From Psammoneis japonica (Eukaryota): DNA of 64,000 nucleotides. Within the stretch, counting starts at the first letter, position 1; every line of letters starts with the position of its first letter. This document shows, piece by piece, positions 26,734 through 39,751 of the stretch. The translations under genes and the position numbers were made by a program. Location: positions 1 through 64,000 of the forward strand of contig QPGO01000045.1 in the NCBI GenBank assembly GCA_008632985.1, in the 5' to 3' direction. The notes under the pieces are model-generated. The model saw nothing but the letters and a program-made list of their open reading frames with translations. It searched no databases and was not told the origin of the DNA.

Positions 26734-27339
26734 TTTCGATGATTGGATAGTCTAGCTTTGAGCTTTGAAGCTCTGGGTTTCAAAAAATGTGCTGCAACAG
26801 GCACAAGCCCATTCCGGCAACGACAATGGGTACTGTAGAACGACTGCGGAGAGAACTTGTGAAGAAGGAATGAAATAAAACGTTCCGTCCACAGCTCTTG
26901 ACAAGGCCTTGAGAAACTCAGCCGTCACATTCTTAGCGAGAATAGCGGGAAGAAACGAAGCTGGCGAAAGACGGTGCGCCCCGTCGTCATCATTTTGTGC
27001 TTCACCACTCATTTAGCAGACCCAGGACGCTCTACATCATGCGGCCGACGTAGCTCTTTGCAAGTATGCAGGTGCAAGAAAGAGAATGGATGGCTTTTGC
27101 CAGATGCGTTACAGATGCTGGCGATCTCTTCGTTGAGATGCAAAACCTGAGCTCTGAGGCATGAAGGGTGGCGACGATTATGAATAACAAGCAAAGAAGA
27201 CCTTGATAAGGCCATAAGCAGAGGTTGCTTCTTCTCGTCCCATCCTCACCGAAAAAGTGGACAAAGTAATCCGTGGCATATCGTTTTATTTCACAAGTGG
27301 ATACTGCAGTTGCGAATCTGTCACTTGCCTATCTGTTCC

Positions 27340-28168
27340 GCTAACGTCTTGATGGCCATTAAAGTCTTCTAGGACTGCTGAATCATGAATCATTGCACGC
27401 AAACTTGTAACGCCTGCTCCAAGGAGTCACACTCATAGTCTACTGAGTTCTTCTCCAAACTGAGCATGCAGACGGCCTTGTCCTGGCCAAGTACGGCCAA
27501 GTAAAAAGGCAGTAGCATTTCCGGAAGAAGCAAGTCTTCAACTTGTTTGACTCTTCGCTCTCTTTCCTGTTGCCACGAGGATATAGACATGTGGATTACG
27601 ATTTCTACTGTAGGGCTTTATCCTCATCACAGACTGAAACAGCCTATTGAGCTCTTCTTCAAACTGTTCGTGGGGGCGACTCAGACGCCCCTTGTAGCTG
27701 ATGTACACCTTGGATTGGTCGTGGCAAAGTGCGTGTATCGTCTGCGCCAATGCACAACGCTAACGTCTTGATGGCCACTTACTGTAAGTCTTCTAGGACA
27801 GCTGAATCATGAATCATTGCACGAAAACTTCTAACGCCTGCCCCAAGGAGATACACTCAAAGTCTACTGAGTTCATCTTCCAAACTAAATGCAGACGGCC
27901 TTGTCCTGGCCAAGTACGGCCAAGTAAAAAGGCAGTAGCATCTAAGTCTTCAACTTGTTTGACTCTTCGCTCTCATTCCTGTTGCCACGAGGATATAGAC
28001 AAGTGGATTACGATTTCTACTGAAGGGCTTTATCCTCATCACAGACTCAAACAGCCTATTGAGCTCTTCTTCAAACTGTTCGTGGGGGCGAGTCAGACGC
28101 CCCTTGTAGCTGATGTACACCTTGGATTGGTCGTGGCAAAGTGCGTGTATCGTCTGCGCCAATGCACA
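27340..28168. repeat. Tandem duplication (about 415 bp x2) of the methyltransferase 3' end and 3' flank
   Basis: ctaacgtcttgatggcca...ctgcgccaatgcacaa occurs at about 27340-27757 and 27760-28168; ORFs 27538-27750 and 27950-28501 share a near-identical C-terminus. Confidence 0.9.
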
Positions 28169-29207
28169 AGGATCGTAAAGGGAAGCGACGACATCAGCCC
28201 CGAGAATGACATCGTGTGGAGCCGTGCGATAGTCTTGTTCTTCTCCCCAACGGAGTACGAAAGCTGATACAGTGCCTGAGGCCCGCTTCACGTCATCGAG
28301 CCCATCATGCCCGTATAGTTCCCGTTGGATATCTTGATCAGTTTCTACTGCATCACCTGAATCAAAGTTCATAGCTATGTTGCGATTCATCAAGTCTAAC
28401 AGTTCTGGAAGGTCAGTGATGTCAACTTGACAATCACGCAAAGCTTTGGCTAACAAGTTGAAAGAGGAAATTAGCAACATAAGTAGTATATCTGTTATCA
28501 AAAAACCTGTGGAGTGGTGTCATCACCACTTTCAACTCCACAGCATCAGCTTACTCACCAACCATCAGTCCACAAAGCCCAGTTCCGCTTCCTAACTCGA
28601 CAATTTTGGATTTTTCTTTGGTTCTCCAATCTCGCCAATGTGAAACTACATACTCTCCCAGAATGAACGCGGCGTCCCAACACTGCATAAAAGGCGAGGG
28701 CCGTAAAAGAAAATAAAGAGAAAGCAGAACGCACGGTCAAATGAGTGGAATAATACTAGATTCTCCTTTTTCTTCCACCAAAGCACCCATTGCTTACCAA
28801 ACCTCCTTTTCCGAGACTCTTGTCTTGTTCAACTATCAAACGCCCGGCATGATCGTCTTCAGTTCCCTCCACGAGACCATAATCAATGTAGTCACAATCT
28901 ACGTGCTTCAAATCGTCATAGTAGCGTTGATGCTTGAGATAAGAATCATATCGAAGCACGCGTTTCCCATTCGAAAGCGTGTCGATTCTGTCCTTTGCGT
29001 CGTCAGAGGTTGCTTCGTTAGGAGTGGATCCTCTCGTTCCTCGGCATCTGCTTGCTCCATCAATCTTAGCTGTCTCATGTAGCTTCCTCTTGCCATGAGG
29101 GCATCGGCCATTCCCAGGGGCTCCTCATCTTGTGACGAGTCATCAGAAGCGTTCTCATCCGGCATCATTGGCTCATTTCTTGCTGCTGTTTCTATGGAGG
29201 CCGCCAT
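27950..29207 (-). CDS. METTL21/family-16 protein lysine methyltransferase-like; multi-exon, apparent frameshift near 29025
   Basis: LIVEQDKSLGKGG, VDITDLPELLDLMNRNI, VLRWGE, DVILGADVV, YISYKGR; exon structure only partly resolved. Confidence 0.7.
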
Positions 29208-29505
29208 CGCCCACGGTCCCACGCACACTGGGAAATGCGAAATCCGCGCGAAAATGGTGCGGGGCCGCTGGTGATAGTTCGCGGTGCAGGACGCGCGGCA
29301 ATTCCCCTTGTAGATAGACTAAAACAACAACGACTGATGAAGGACCACATGACACAGTCTAACCAAAAAACAATCCACTAACAGTACAGAATACAACTTG
29401 ACCATCTATAAAGAAGTGCTAGAGACCCTCTCTAGCTGGAGCTCTATAAGCCACGTAAGGATTGGGTGGTACTCGTATGCATTTTGTATTCTTTGTACCT
29501 CTCTA

Positions 29506-31192
29506 CTAGTGGTCTTCAGCATCACAGTGCGAGTGGCTCAAGAGGACCAAACCAATGGGGACCGCGCCAAGGACAAAAAAGAGCATTGAAATCAAGCGGT
29601 CCTTTCCCGTGGCTAAAAGTTGGTTGACTCGTGGAAGACACTCGCTCGCGGCCAAGTGAATGTAGACACCCGACGATACCGCCAGAATGACCCCAACTGC
29701 CTCTTCGCTAGGGTTTGATGCCAAGACCACAATTCCTCCCAGCATGACGGACAAGCCACACACAAAGTTGACTAGCAGTGCATACAGAGGCGCAAGGCCG
29801 CCGTGATTGGTAAGGAGGAAAAAGTCTGCGAGTTCTTGAGCAATCTCGTGGTAGACGGTAGCGAGAACAATCGTAATTGCAACGCTGTTTGTACAAAGCA
29901 TAAAGGCAGTACCCACAAAAATACCGTCTGCAAAATTGTGGAAGAAATCCCCGATAAGAACCGAAGCGCAGAGGCGCCAGTTGATAGTATGGCCCTGCTT
30001 GATGCCATCATGGGTGTGGGTGGGGTGGGTGCTCATTGTTCCTTGGGAAATGGACTTGTCGCCGTCCTTGTCGGCAGCTTAAGTATTGCAAAAAAGAAGA
30101 AGAGGTCAGAGCAGATGCAGCTCTTGCTCAAGAGAATCCAGCACAAAGAAGGGCGAACTTACAAACTGCGACTTCAACATCATCGCTGCTGGTGGACGCC
30201 TCCTCCGCGGCGCCAAAGGTCTGGCTTTCCGCAGCAAGAGTCTGACTTTCTGGTCCTTGGACGCATTCGTTGTCACACTCGTGCTCTGAAGCACGCGGAA
30301 AGATTGCTGCAAGCACAATAGGCAGTAGGAAACCGCCAAGAAAGGCAGTTCCAAACTTCCAAACCGAATCTTCTCCAGCGTGATCACCATGGCCTGCATG
30401 CTCGTCGTGTTCCTCCTCTGTTTCTCCCTCCATGTGGTCTTCTTCGTGGTCTTCCTCATGCTCTTCGCCACCACTTGTCCGAGTGATTAAAAGAATCGCC
30501 TCAGGGATAATCAGAAAGACGGCAGTAGCGAGAATAGCTCCACACGCAAAGGATGACATGGCAATATCAAAGATGGCCCTTCTCTTTTGGATCTTTAAAG
30601 GAATATCAGAGTCTCCCCGCGGTGTGGTGCGAAAGAGTCCCTTGACACTCGAACAAAAAGATTCCGTCCTTGAAACCCGTGTAACAATCGGTACAAGAAC
30701 AATCACCCCTGCAATCGTTACAACATTAATGAGAAAGGTAGACAAAAGTACCTCTCCCCATGGTTTGTTGCTGTTCGACTGCTCTTCGTGTTCGTGAGCC
30801 TCGTGCTCCTCTCCCTCGTGTTCGTGAGCCTCGTGCTCCTCTCCCTCGTGCTCGTGAGCCTCGTGTTCCTCGCCTTCATGCTCTTCTCCCTCGTGTTCGT
30901 GAGCCTCGTGCTCCTCTCCCTCGTGCTCGTGAGCCTCGTGTTCCTCTCCCTCGTGTTCCTCTCCCTCGTGCTCCTCCCCTTCATGTTCCTCTCCCTCGTG
31001 CTTTTCGTCTTCTTCGTCGTCACCATCAAGTAGTCTCGACACTCGAGAAGCCACAACGTAGTGATTACTTACGTCATGTTCGTTCTCAAATTCTGCTAAT
31101 TCGGCGCGAGAAAGCTCAGACCTTGCTCTTGCTACAACAAACAGAGCAAGGAGTAGGGCTGCTACCGACGAGATAGATGTGAAATGTCTCAT
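29506..31192 (-). CDS. ZIP-family metal (Zn) transporter with signal peptide and His/Glu-rich repeat
   Basis: GDFFHNFADG, YHEIAQELADF, SFACGAIL, TM helices; intron about 30078-30162. Confidence 0.9.
30780..31002 (-). repeat. Coding 15-bp tandem repeat encoding (HEGEE/HEAHE)n
   Basis: Repeated ctcgtgttcctctcc / ctcgtgagcctcgtg units. Confidence 0.9.
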
Positions 31193-31459
31193 GGTTCTCT
31201 CTAGCTCAACAAGGCTGTTTCGCAAGATTGATTGTATCAACACCAACAAAAATCAATAATCAAAATGGCGTTGATTGAATGAAAAATGAAAAATGAAGGG
31301 TTCGCAATGCAGAAAAAAGGCTGAAAGAGGCTGTTTTCGAGAACAGCCTAAATACACTAATTATCATATAAAATTTGATTTAGGCTAAAACATTAAATAA
31401 TAAATAGCTTTCTTTCTTCAACCACGTCGTGTCTATAAATAACGGAAAAGCCTTAATGT

Positions 31460-33700
31460 CAAAGGATGCGAACCCGAGGAAGGCCTTTTGTTGCAGTGGG
31501 CAGCTGTTGCACTTTCACATGCCAGAAGGTGGCCAAGAGGACGGGTCAAGTGTCAGGTGGAGAAGATGATGTGGAACAGTTCTTCAAACGGTGCTCCACA
31601 ATGCTCATGAAGTGCTTCAATGTCAACTGCACAAGCGCAATGCTCGTTGCCTCCGGGCAAACGAATCTCTGCTTGCTGCGGCTGCTTCATGTGGTTGCTG
31701 AGAAAGCCACACAAGCAGGGCAGAATTCAAGAAAATTCAAAGAGAGTTGTGTCCATGGATGCAGCTCATCAATGCCATGCTTGCTGAGATGTGATCATTG
31801 AGAGGGGAAGTTGCTGGCTGACACTGGCAACACACGCTCTCCTCTGCAACACATGAAAGTGAGCGAGCACTCATGTTGTGAATGGCGGTGAGCTCACTTC
31901 CTGCATGGGCTGGCACCTGCCACAATGAGGTCACTGCCTTGTGTGTAGAAGACATCACATCAGCTCCAGTCAGTCATCTGGCATCTCACCAAAAACAAAG
32001 CATCGATGGGCGCTGATGGTTCTCAAGAGATGTGTGTGCTGTCTTCTCTGTGGCTGAACCAGCTCGCTGGATCTTCATCACCAACACCTCACCATGAGAA
32101 GCCAGCAGGCAGACAAAAGCCAAAGCATCTCCTGCAAGACTCTCAAGCAACAAGCAGTCCAAAAAGATGTGTGGCCTCTGCTGAGGAAAAGAGCTGGCTG
32201 GCAGGAGTTTGCAACTTTTGCACGTTGATGACAGCACATGAGTGCAAGAGTTGCACGTGATGCAGATTTGAGCTTGTGGCTTCTTTGCAGCCTTTCCCAG
32301 CTGGTCTGTTTGCTCTCCCTGGCACAACCACATTTTGCCCCCAAATGGAAAATGTTTTTGCAAATGTGGGAGATCGTGCTTCCCCTTGACCACTCCCTTG
32401 CAAAACCCAAGTTTTGTGTCTGTTCTCATGCACACATGAGATGAGCCTGAGTTTTGTGAGAGCTGGCCATCAAATCAGGTGTTGAGTCTCTGGGCCCAAC
32501 CACAAACTGTCATTCAAGCTTTTGTGTCAAATGCAAAAGTGCGCATTGTGACAATGTGTTTGTTGAAGAACAACCGAAACCTCAAAGATTCAGTTTTTGA
32601 TTGAGTGCCATTGCTGCTCAACCAAAAGTTGTGCAGATGGCCACTCATGCACCAACAGCACTGCGCACCTTGTTGAGGGCTCAAATTGTCAAGCCTTTTT
32701 TGTGCACTTGCAATGCAGAGGTGCAGTGCACAGAGGTGCACAAACCATTTGTTGTCACCCAATGCAAGTGCACCACTGGCGACAAAACAATTTGTCATTT
32801 GTGCGTGCACCCTGAGTGTGTGAGCGCACATTTGCAAATGACAACAGACAATTTGTGCACCACTTCTGGCAGCAATGCAGAGGTGGGCAACAATTCATCA
32901 TGTGTCAGGCACAGAACTGTGAGTGCTGCAACAAAGCATGAAACACAAGCCAATTGCGTCAATCAGCATCAAATGCAATGATCTGAAGATGGCCCTTGCT
33001 GATCCACAATGCCCAGCACTTGCTCCTCAAACAAGCTGGCTGGGATCAACAACATCAAGGAAGGAATGCTCAACCCAAGTCCAAAACAGAAATCTCAAGA
33101 ACTGGGGACAACAAATCAACTGCAGGTGACACATTGACAGCTTCTTGACCCCATGCACCTTGTCCAACCTTGCCAATTCTTTGGTTGATCTTTTTTGAAC
33201 TCTCTTTCTCTTCTTGTCCTCCTCTTGATTTCCCCAATTACATCTCAAACAAATTGATGCTTCGATGGCAAACTCTTGAGCTGCCTTTTTCCTTTCCTCA
33301 GGGCACTCCAACTGTGCCCTCTCTCCAGCAATTCAAGACTCTGGCGACACTTTGAACAGTCTGTGTGCATGCTGATCACATTCTGTTCATACCTCTTGAA
33401 ACCAGCCATGGCTGTGATGACTGAGCTTGTGGAGGAGATGGTGCCTTTATCCTCTTCATCTTCAATCCTCTCTGCAGTGGGCTACAAGGACTGTCATGTT
33501 GGCACACTTTGTGCAACTCCTGGGAAGTCTCTGTCTCTGAACCCGAACGCTGCTGTGGACATGTCAGTGCCGCAGGGATCATGGCGTTCGTGCTCATTGC
33601 ATTACCTGGGACCCCATTCCTCCTCTGTGTTTCAAATCTCGCTCTCAGCTCTAAAGCGCATTACCCGCACATGTGCACCAGCAACGAACGCATGTCGTCC
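31460..33700. repeat. TpA- and CpG-depleted degenerate repeat island
   Basis: No TA seen by eye from about 31950 to 33235; TG/CA-rich; only spurious Cys/His/Gln-rich ORFs. Confidence 0.65.
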
Positions 33701-33937
33701 TTCTTTACCGCGTATCCATAATCCATACGCTTTTAAGTACAGTGACACGAATGGGGTGGATTGACTTTGATTTCGAGTAGTCAAACATGTTAATTACGAT
33801 GTTGCAATAGCCGTAAATGACGCGTTAACCCTACAGTTGCCCGTTTGTCGCTTTGAAAGCACGTACTGTACAACGTTGTAATAGAGCATTGTTCTGCGAA
33901 ACCCTTTCTCCCCGGCTGTTACAAAGGCCCCTGGTGT

Positions 33938-34903
33938 TTATTCATCTTCCTTGTCCACTACCCTTGCTTTAACACCTTTAGGAACACGCATCTTTGTACC
34001 ATCGGGAAGTTCAATAATGTCAAATTCTCCCTCCGCGGCAGCAGGTGCCGGATCGTCTGTACCCATAATCTTGATGAGCTCAACCTCAAAAACTAGAGAA
34101 GCACCAGGAGGGATAACACTACCGGATCCCTCGTCACCATATGCCAAGTCCGAGGGAATGACCATGGTGGCCTTGCCTAGGTGATGAAATGATTAGTATA
34201 CCGTTGATGATGATGTGACATCTGAGCAATACACATTGTAAAACATACCTCCTTCTTGCATTAGTTGTAAACCCTCTGTCCATCCCTTGATGACTTGATT
34301 CAAAGGAAAACTAATTGGCTCCCCCCGTTCAAAACTGGAATCAAACACAAATCCATCCGTCAGGGTTCCGTGATAATGTACTTGTACAACGCTATTTGGC
34401 TTTGGGGTTTCTCCCGTTCCCACCTCCCTCTCTAAATATATCAATCCAGAATCTGTTTGTTTTGCTTCGGGGAAGTCTTCAAGAAAGTTGGCAATAAACT
34501 CCTGCCCGGCCCTCTTAACTTGATCCGCGGCCAGCCCTGCACGAGATTGTAAAATTTGATTCAATGCAGGTCCGTACGTCTCAAGAATCTTTTGCCCCTC
34601 CTCTTTTGTATCCTCGCCGCGAAGACTTGCGCAGAAGCCTTCGGCAACGATTTTAAGCTCGTCTTGTTCAAAAAGTGTAGGTAGATTCCCACCCGTCTGG
34701 AGAGCAAGGTTTGTTCCGAGCGCGTAAAATACCATTTTGTCCTCGTCAAAGGGCATTGGCTCCAAAGGAGGAGGAGGAGGGGCCGCAGCATACAAGCGAC
34801 TTGTGCACATGATGGCCTTGCATGATACTCCTGGACGCGCTGTGAACGCTCCAGCGGACGACGCCAGAAGCGAGACAATCAGAGTCTTGGTACTAGGGAC
34901 CAT
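33938..34903 (-). CDS. FKBP-type peptidyl-prolyl isomerase (FkpA/Mip-like), probably plastid-targeted
   Basis: [58 protein letters not shown]; signal peptide ending AGA|F; intron about 34178-34248. Confidence 0.92.
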
Positions 34904-35200
34904 CTTAAGCTTCGGTAAAGATGGCTATGAAATGACGACGCGTGCAAAAATGATTGCTTGTGTCATTGAGCATTGCGGATTGCGACAACAAAGATTTTGA
35001 TTTCAAGTTGCAAGAAGATGCCGCGGATGCCATCAAAAAGATTCGCTCGAGAACGACCGCAAGACGACAAAAATGGGAGATGTGATGTGATTGAAAGGAG
35101 AGAGCCTATTTCTAACAACAATTAGCTGTTTTAACTGGTAACAAGTTACGAGTATCTTATGAGTATAAAGCTACGGTACACAAGATCTGAGTCCCTCTTT

Positions 35201-36475
35201 CTAGTGAGGAGGGACAAGAATACCGGGCCTCGAGGCTGGAGCAAGCAAGACCGTGTGCATCAAACATTCCTTCAAGTGAATGAGCTCCATATTACTGAGC
35301 TCGTCATAACACAGCTCTCTAGTTTCCGTCGCAATTCGGTACAGTGCCCACGATACCAAGGACACCCAGAAGAACATCCAGAACCAACCACCATCAGAAG
35401 AAGAAGAATCTGACTTTGATTTTGGCGCTCTTTTCTGCATGGTTAAGAATGGCATTTGACTATCAGCACTTGCAGAAATGGCATGGATTGCAACGCCGTC
35501 CTCTTCTCCGCAGAGAGGAAGCGCAAAAGGCCGCGCCGCGATACATGTGACGTGTATTTCATGCACCTCTGGGAACTTTTTGAGTACTTTCCACTGCGTC
35601 ATGTCCATCAAAGTGATTGATCCGTCAACATCTCCAAAGGCCATTAGAGCCCCATCTGTAGAGAGCGACATGGCTGAAACAGGAACGCGACTAATTTGGA
35701 CACGTTGGCGACACTGAAACCCTCCCTCGCCCGGTCTGCCTTGTAGCACCCAAGAGAACAGATAGGCTTTCCCCTTTTTCGTCGACGCTACAGTGTACAA
35801 TTCCTTGCCTTCTAAATCAGCAAAAGCACAACCTCGAACCAATACCTGTTGAGGCCTTTTGGGTGGAGGTTCTTTTGGGTCCAAGACGTCACACTCTAGA
35901 TTTGCAAGCTGAGCTCCATTCGCCACGGCCCACACCTTTGCTGTACCATCCTTGGCGGAGCTTGCAAGCATTCCTCCTCGAACCGCAAAGGAAAGCGCGC
36001 ATATCGCCTTGGCATGCGTCCTCATGATCCATAACTGAGATCCAATAGTGTCATCACTGAGTTTGTACAGCGCTACTGCTCCTTTCTCGCATCCAATCGC
36101 CATTTTATCAGCCATTACATTCACAGCGACTGCATCGCAGTTGTCCTCTACTTCAATCTCACCGCGTGGTTCACACGACGGAAGACTATACCGACACACT
36201 CGCTTCCCAATCGATCCCAACAGCCATATCGACTTGGTGAGCGGGTTCTGGTAGATATGCACCGTCCCACACACTTGATCTTGCGTCGAAATCTCCACAG
36301 GCTCAAGTCCCGCAACACGTACTTCAATCTTGTTGTTGACTCCCGTTGCCGCACTGCCTCCTCCTCCAGCAAAGGCGACAATGGAATTTCCATCCTCGTG
36401 AGAAGCCCACCAAGTTAGTCCAAACACGGGAAAGGGTACAGTCTCCACACGAGAGGGAGGCCGCGGTCGAGGCAT
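35201..36475 (-). CDS. SEC12: Sec12/PREB-like WD40 guanine nucleotide exchange factor for Sar1
   Basis: K-loop GGGGSAATGVNN, WD40 repeats, single C-terminal TM helix. Confidence 0.8.
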   Translation of the reverse strand: MPRPRPPSRVETVPFPVFGLTWWASHEDGNSIVAFAGGGGSAATGVNNKIEVRVAGLEPVEISTQDQVCGTVHIYQNPLTKSIWLLGSIGKRVCRYSLPSCEPRGEIEVEDNCDAVAVNVMADKMAIGCEKGAVALYKLSDDTIGSQLWIMRTHAKAICALSFAVRGGMLASSAKDGTAKVWAVANGAQLANLECDVLDPKEPPPKRPQQVLVRGCAFADLEGKELYTVASTKKGKAYLFSWVLQGRPGEGGFQCRQRVQISRVPVSAMSLSTDGALMAFGDVDGSITLMDMTQWKVLKKFPEVHEIHVTCIAARPFALPLCGEEDGVAIHAISASADSQMPFLTMQKRAPKSKSDSSSSDGGWFWMFFWVSLVSWALYRIATETRELCYDELSNMELIHLKECLMHTVLLAPASRPGILVPPH

Positions 36476-36684
36476 TGTCAAGGTCTTTTTCTCGCGTTTT
36501 TGTGAAGGCAAAATGCCGATTGCCACGTGCCGAACCGCGGCTACAGAAACTTCCGTATGAAATGTACATAGTCTACGATGAATATTCATACTACGGTACA
36601 TGCGCGTTTGGTATCAAACATGCTTTTTGACTCCTTCGACTTGGGAGGATTGAGACGGGCGGTGGTCGGTGGTCGGTAGCAAGG

Positions 36685-36815
36685 TTTCTCTCTCTCTACT
36701 CTCTATCTCTAGCTACTAGCTAAGTAGCTAATACTAGCTAGTAGAGCTACTCTCTACTCTAGTAGCTAGCTGTAGCTGTCGTACAGTAGAGTAGAGCTCT
36801 AGAGATTAGTAGCTA
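36685..36815. repeat. Low-complexity CTAG/AGCT/CTCT-rich tract
   Basis: ctctagctactagctaagtagctaatactagctagtagagctac... Confidence 0.75.
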
Positions 36816-37018
36816 TGTGGAAGAACTACTGCAGCTTGACCTGTAGACTATTCGATGGATCAACGATTCGCAGGTTGACAGGAGCCCCGCAACAAACTGC
36901 ACTTCACTACAATACAAGTACGATGTGGACTACTATGGATATGCACAAGGACTAAGAAGCTCTCGAGCGAGATGCCGACCAAAAACTCTCTGTAACGAAA
37001 AACATAAATAACAAACCA

Positions 37019-39751
37019 TCAAGTTTCTTCGGAGGAAACTTCTACGCGAGGAGTATCGGGTGTCGACTTGGTCTCCGGTTCAAGCTCCCCCGGATGATCG
37101 TCTTCAATGCACGCATCTACCCTTTCTTCAATTTTATCAAGAATCTTTCCGGCTTCAGTTTCCTTGAGTAGTCCCTTTTCTGTCAAAGACTCTACTTCTC
37201 TCGCAGCGTTCAAGAGCAAGATTTTGCAAAACTTGTGAGAAACAATCATTTGGGTGACTTCCTCTGGAACGGATTTCAAAAGCTCTTCTGCTTTCTCGTA
37301 TTCTTCTTTGGATTCGTCAATCACGGTGCCCGCCAACTCTGAAAAACCGCCCGACATGAACTGATCCGCGAATTCAGCTTGCGCCTTTTCATGCGCATGC
37401 ATAAAGGCCAAGCACCGAGGAACAATAAGACGATTCATCTCCAGCTCCAAATCGTGAACAGCTGAAGGACCCAAACAAGATTCCAAGCAGTTTCGCACCA
37501 TACCGGTCACCTTGAGACTGCCAAAACGGCGATCCAAAGGCATTTCAACCACATCAATAAAGTCCCAATCGTTGAGCTTTTCGCCCTTTGCAACTGCGTC
37601 ACTGGCAAACTCGAGAGACTGCTGCAGAGAATACACCATAAAGTCATTTTCTGTCCCCAGTTCTCCATTTTCCATCTGGTGACTATACTGGCTTTGGACA
37701 AGGTCTAAAAAGACTTGACGCAACTCGACAATGGACAACTGTGCGTCCTTGTCGAGAAGAGGAACCAAGCCACTTTTGGGACCGGAGGATTGTGAATCTT
37801 TCTCCTCTGTCTTAACGTCAGGCTGCTCCGGTGCCTCGTCATCCTTCCCAGCCTCGATGTAGGGAAGAATGTTGCTCAGCTTGGGTTCACGATAATCTCT
37901 CTTGTAACTATTCGCAGCACGATAGGATTGAACCGCATCAGAGAGCTCTTTTTTCGTCAAATTCTTGAGCTCGGGTACATGATGACGAATGACTGCAAAG
38001 TTGACACTCTCGAAACGTTCTTGGCTTAGCAACCGAACCATATTCTCAATACTCTTGGTCCTCACATACTGCTTGTACCCTTCAACAATGTGTTCTCGAA
38101 CCACGGTCGAATCAGCTAATCCGAGCTTCTTGAGAAGTATCCCTGCAGTAGGTGCAGTGAACCAAAGACTCAAGAAAGCAATACCTCCAATTTGGCCAAA
38201 CAGTTGGGTGGTCTGCTCTTGATACACACTTCCCGGATCTGTCTCGGCTCGGACGGTATTGTCCAGGGCAATGGCTAGCGAAATTCCAACTGCTCCACGC
38301 AAGCCTCCGTAAGCCTGAAAGAACTGCTCCTGCCAGCACGTTCCAAGACCGATGCGTTTGGTAATTGGATATGCACCAAAGATCAAGAGGAAACGAATGA
38401 TGGTCAACAGGATGAAGTTGAGAAAAAGATAACCCCAATCTGTCCCGGTAAAAGACGTGGCTCGTTCTTCTGGATTCCCAATCACGCTTCCCCACACGAG
38501 ACCACCGAGAGCGAATAACACCGTGTTGAGCAAATGCTCCACCTTACAAAGCAGACACAAACACGTGCAATGGGGTGAGTTGCGGCACCAGACGCAATCA
38601 GGCAGAGCACGAACGACGTCCAAAGATGCGAAACGTTGATTTATTCACGTACCAACTCCCAAAAGTTTTCCAAGAGCTCCATATCATTGATGAGAGCATA
38701 TCCAAACGATCGGACAACCACGCCACAAGTCAGTGTGGCAATCACACCCGATGTTTTCCACGCCACATCGGCCGTGTAGTAGGTCAAGTAGGCATCGTTA
38801 TCGTAGAGGCGACTTGGACGACGTTCTCTTCTCCCGACAATCGACGATTGAGAAAACGAAGTAACGACAGGAGGCCCAGTCCAAAAAAGATTCCAATGGC
38901 GACGGCTCCAAGGGACATGCGACAGAATTTCGCCAAACCAGATCCGAAGTTGTACGTGTCGCCGAGCTCTTCGTCGATTTCATTGAAATACATGTCGGAG
39001 AAAATGGTAAAAAAGACACTGTGACAGACGAGACAAGATCTTGTGAGATGGTGCTGCAGCAGAAAACCGATTGTTCTCTCACAGCAACAACTTACATTGC
39101 TGATCCATCGTTCATGAGAGACTCGCCTGAGATATGCATCTGTAAACGAGGCGGGGCTCCTAATTGAGCAAGAAGGGCTGACACAGCAACCGGATCGGTC
39201 GCTGCAAGAATTGAACCAAATGTCATGGAAAGATTCCAGCTCCAATTGTAAGGGAAGATGTAGAATGCAACGAGGGCAGTCAACGCCGCTCCCGCCAACA
39301 CCAAAGGAAAGGCAAAGATCAGGCACTGTCCCAACGATACTTGAAGGAGATGAACATTAAGAGAAATGGAATCCTTGAACACCAAGCCGGGGAGGAACAC
39401 GTTAAGAAGCAACTCGCTGTCGATTGGGATCCAGAAGTTTAAGATACTGCTGCTTAGTTGATTCTCATTTTGCAGCCTCGTTGTGCCCACACCCATGGCC
39501 ACACCCAAAATGAACATAACTGCTGTGTATGGTAACCAATCCATGTATCTCGTCAGGATCAAGAACGAAATCACGCCAAGAGCTTGAACGAACCACGGAA
39601 ACAGCGTCGCTTCAACGGGTTCAGACTCTTCGGTCTCAAACAATACAGCATCCTCATTCGCAAATACGGACGGCGAGCTGATGCAAAGAATGAAGAAGAC
39701 AACGACAACAAGCACCGAGTTGCGTCGCTTTGGCAACATCAACAACGACAT
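37019..39751 (-). CDS. CPA1 Na+/H+ antiporter (SOS1/NhaP-like)
   Basis: FLPGLVF, FGSILAATDPVAV, ISGESLMNDGSA, GGLRGAVGISLA; introns near 39.0-39.1 kb and 38.55-38.65 kb. Confidence 0.9.

Noticed and set aside
30780..31002. CRISPR-like array
   Set aside because: In-frame coding repeat with no spacers, in a eukaryotic gene.
31466..33764. Many overlapping Cys/His/Gln-rich ORFs here and at 42.5-43.9, 51.9-54.2 and 61.3-64 kb
   Set aside because: Artefact of TA loss, which removes TAA/TAG stops and inflates TG/CA codons; no recognisable domains.
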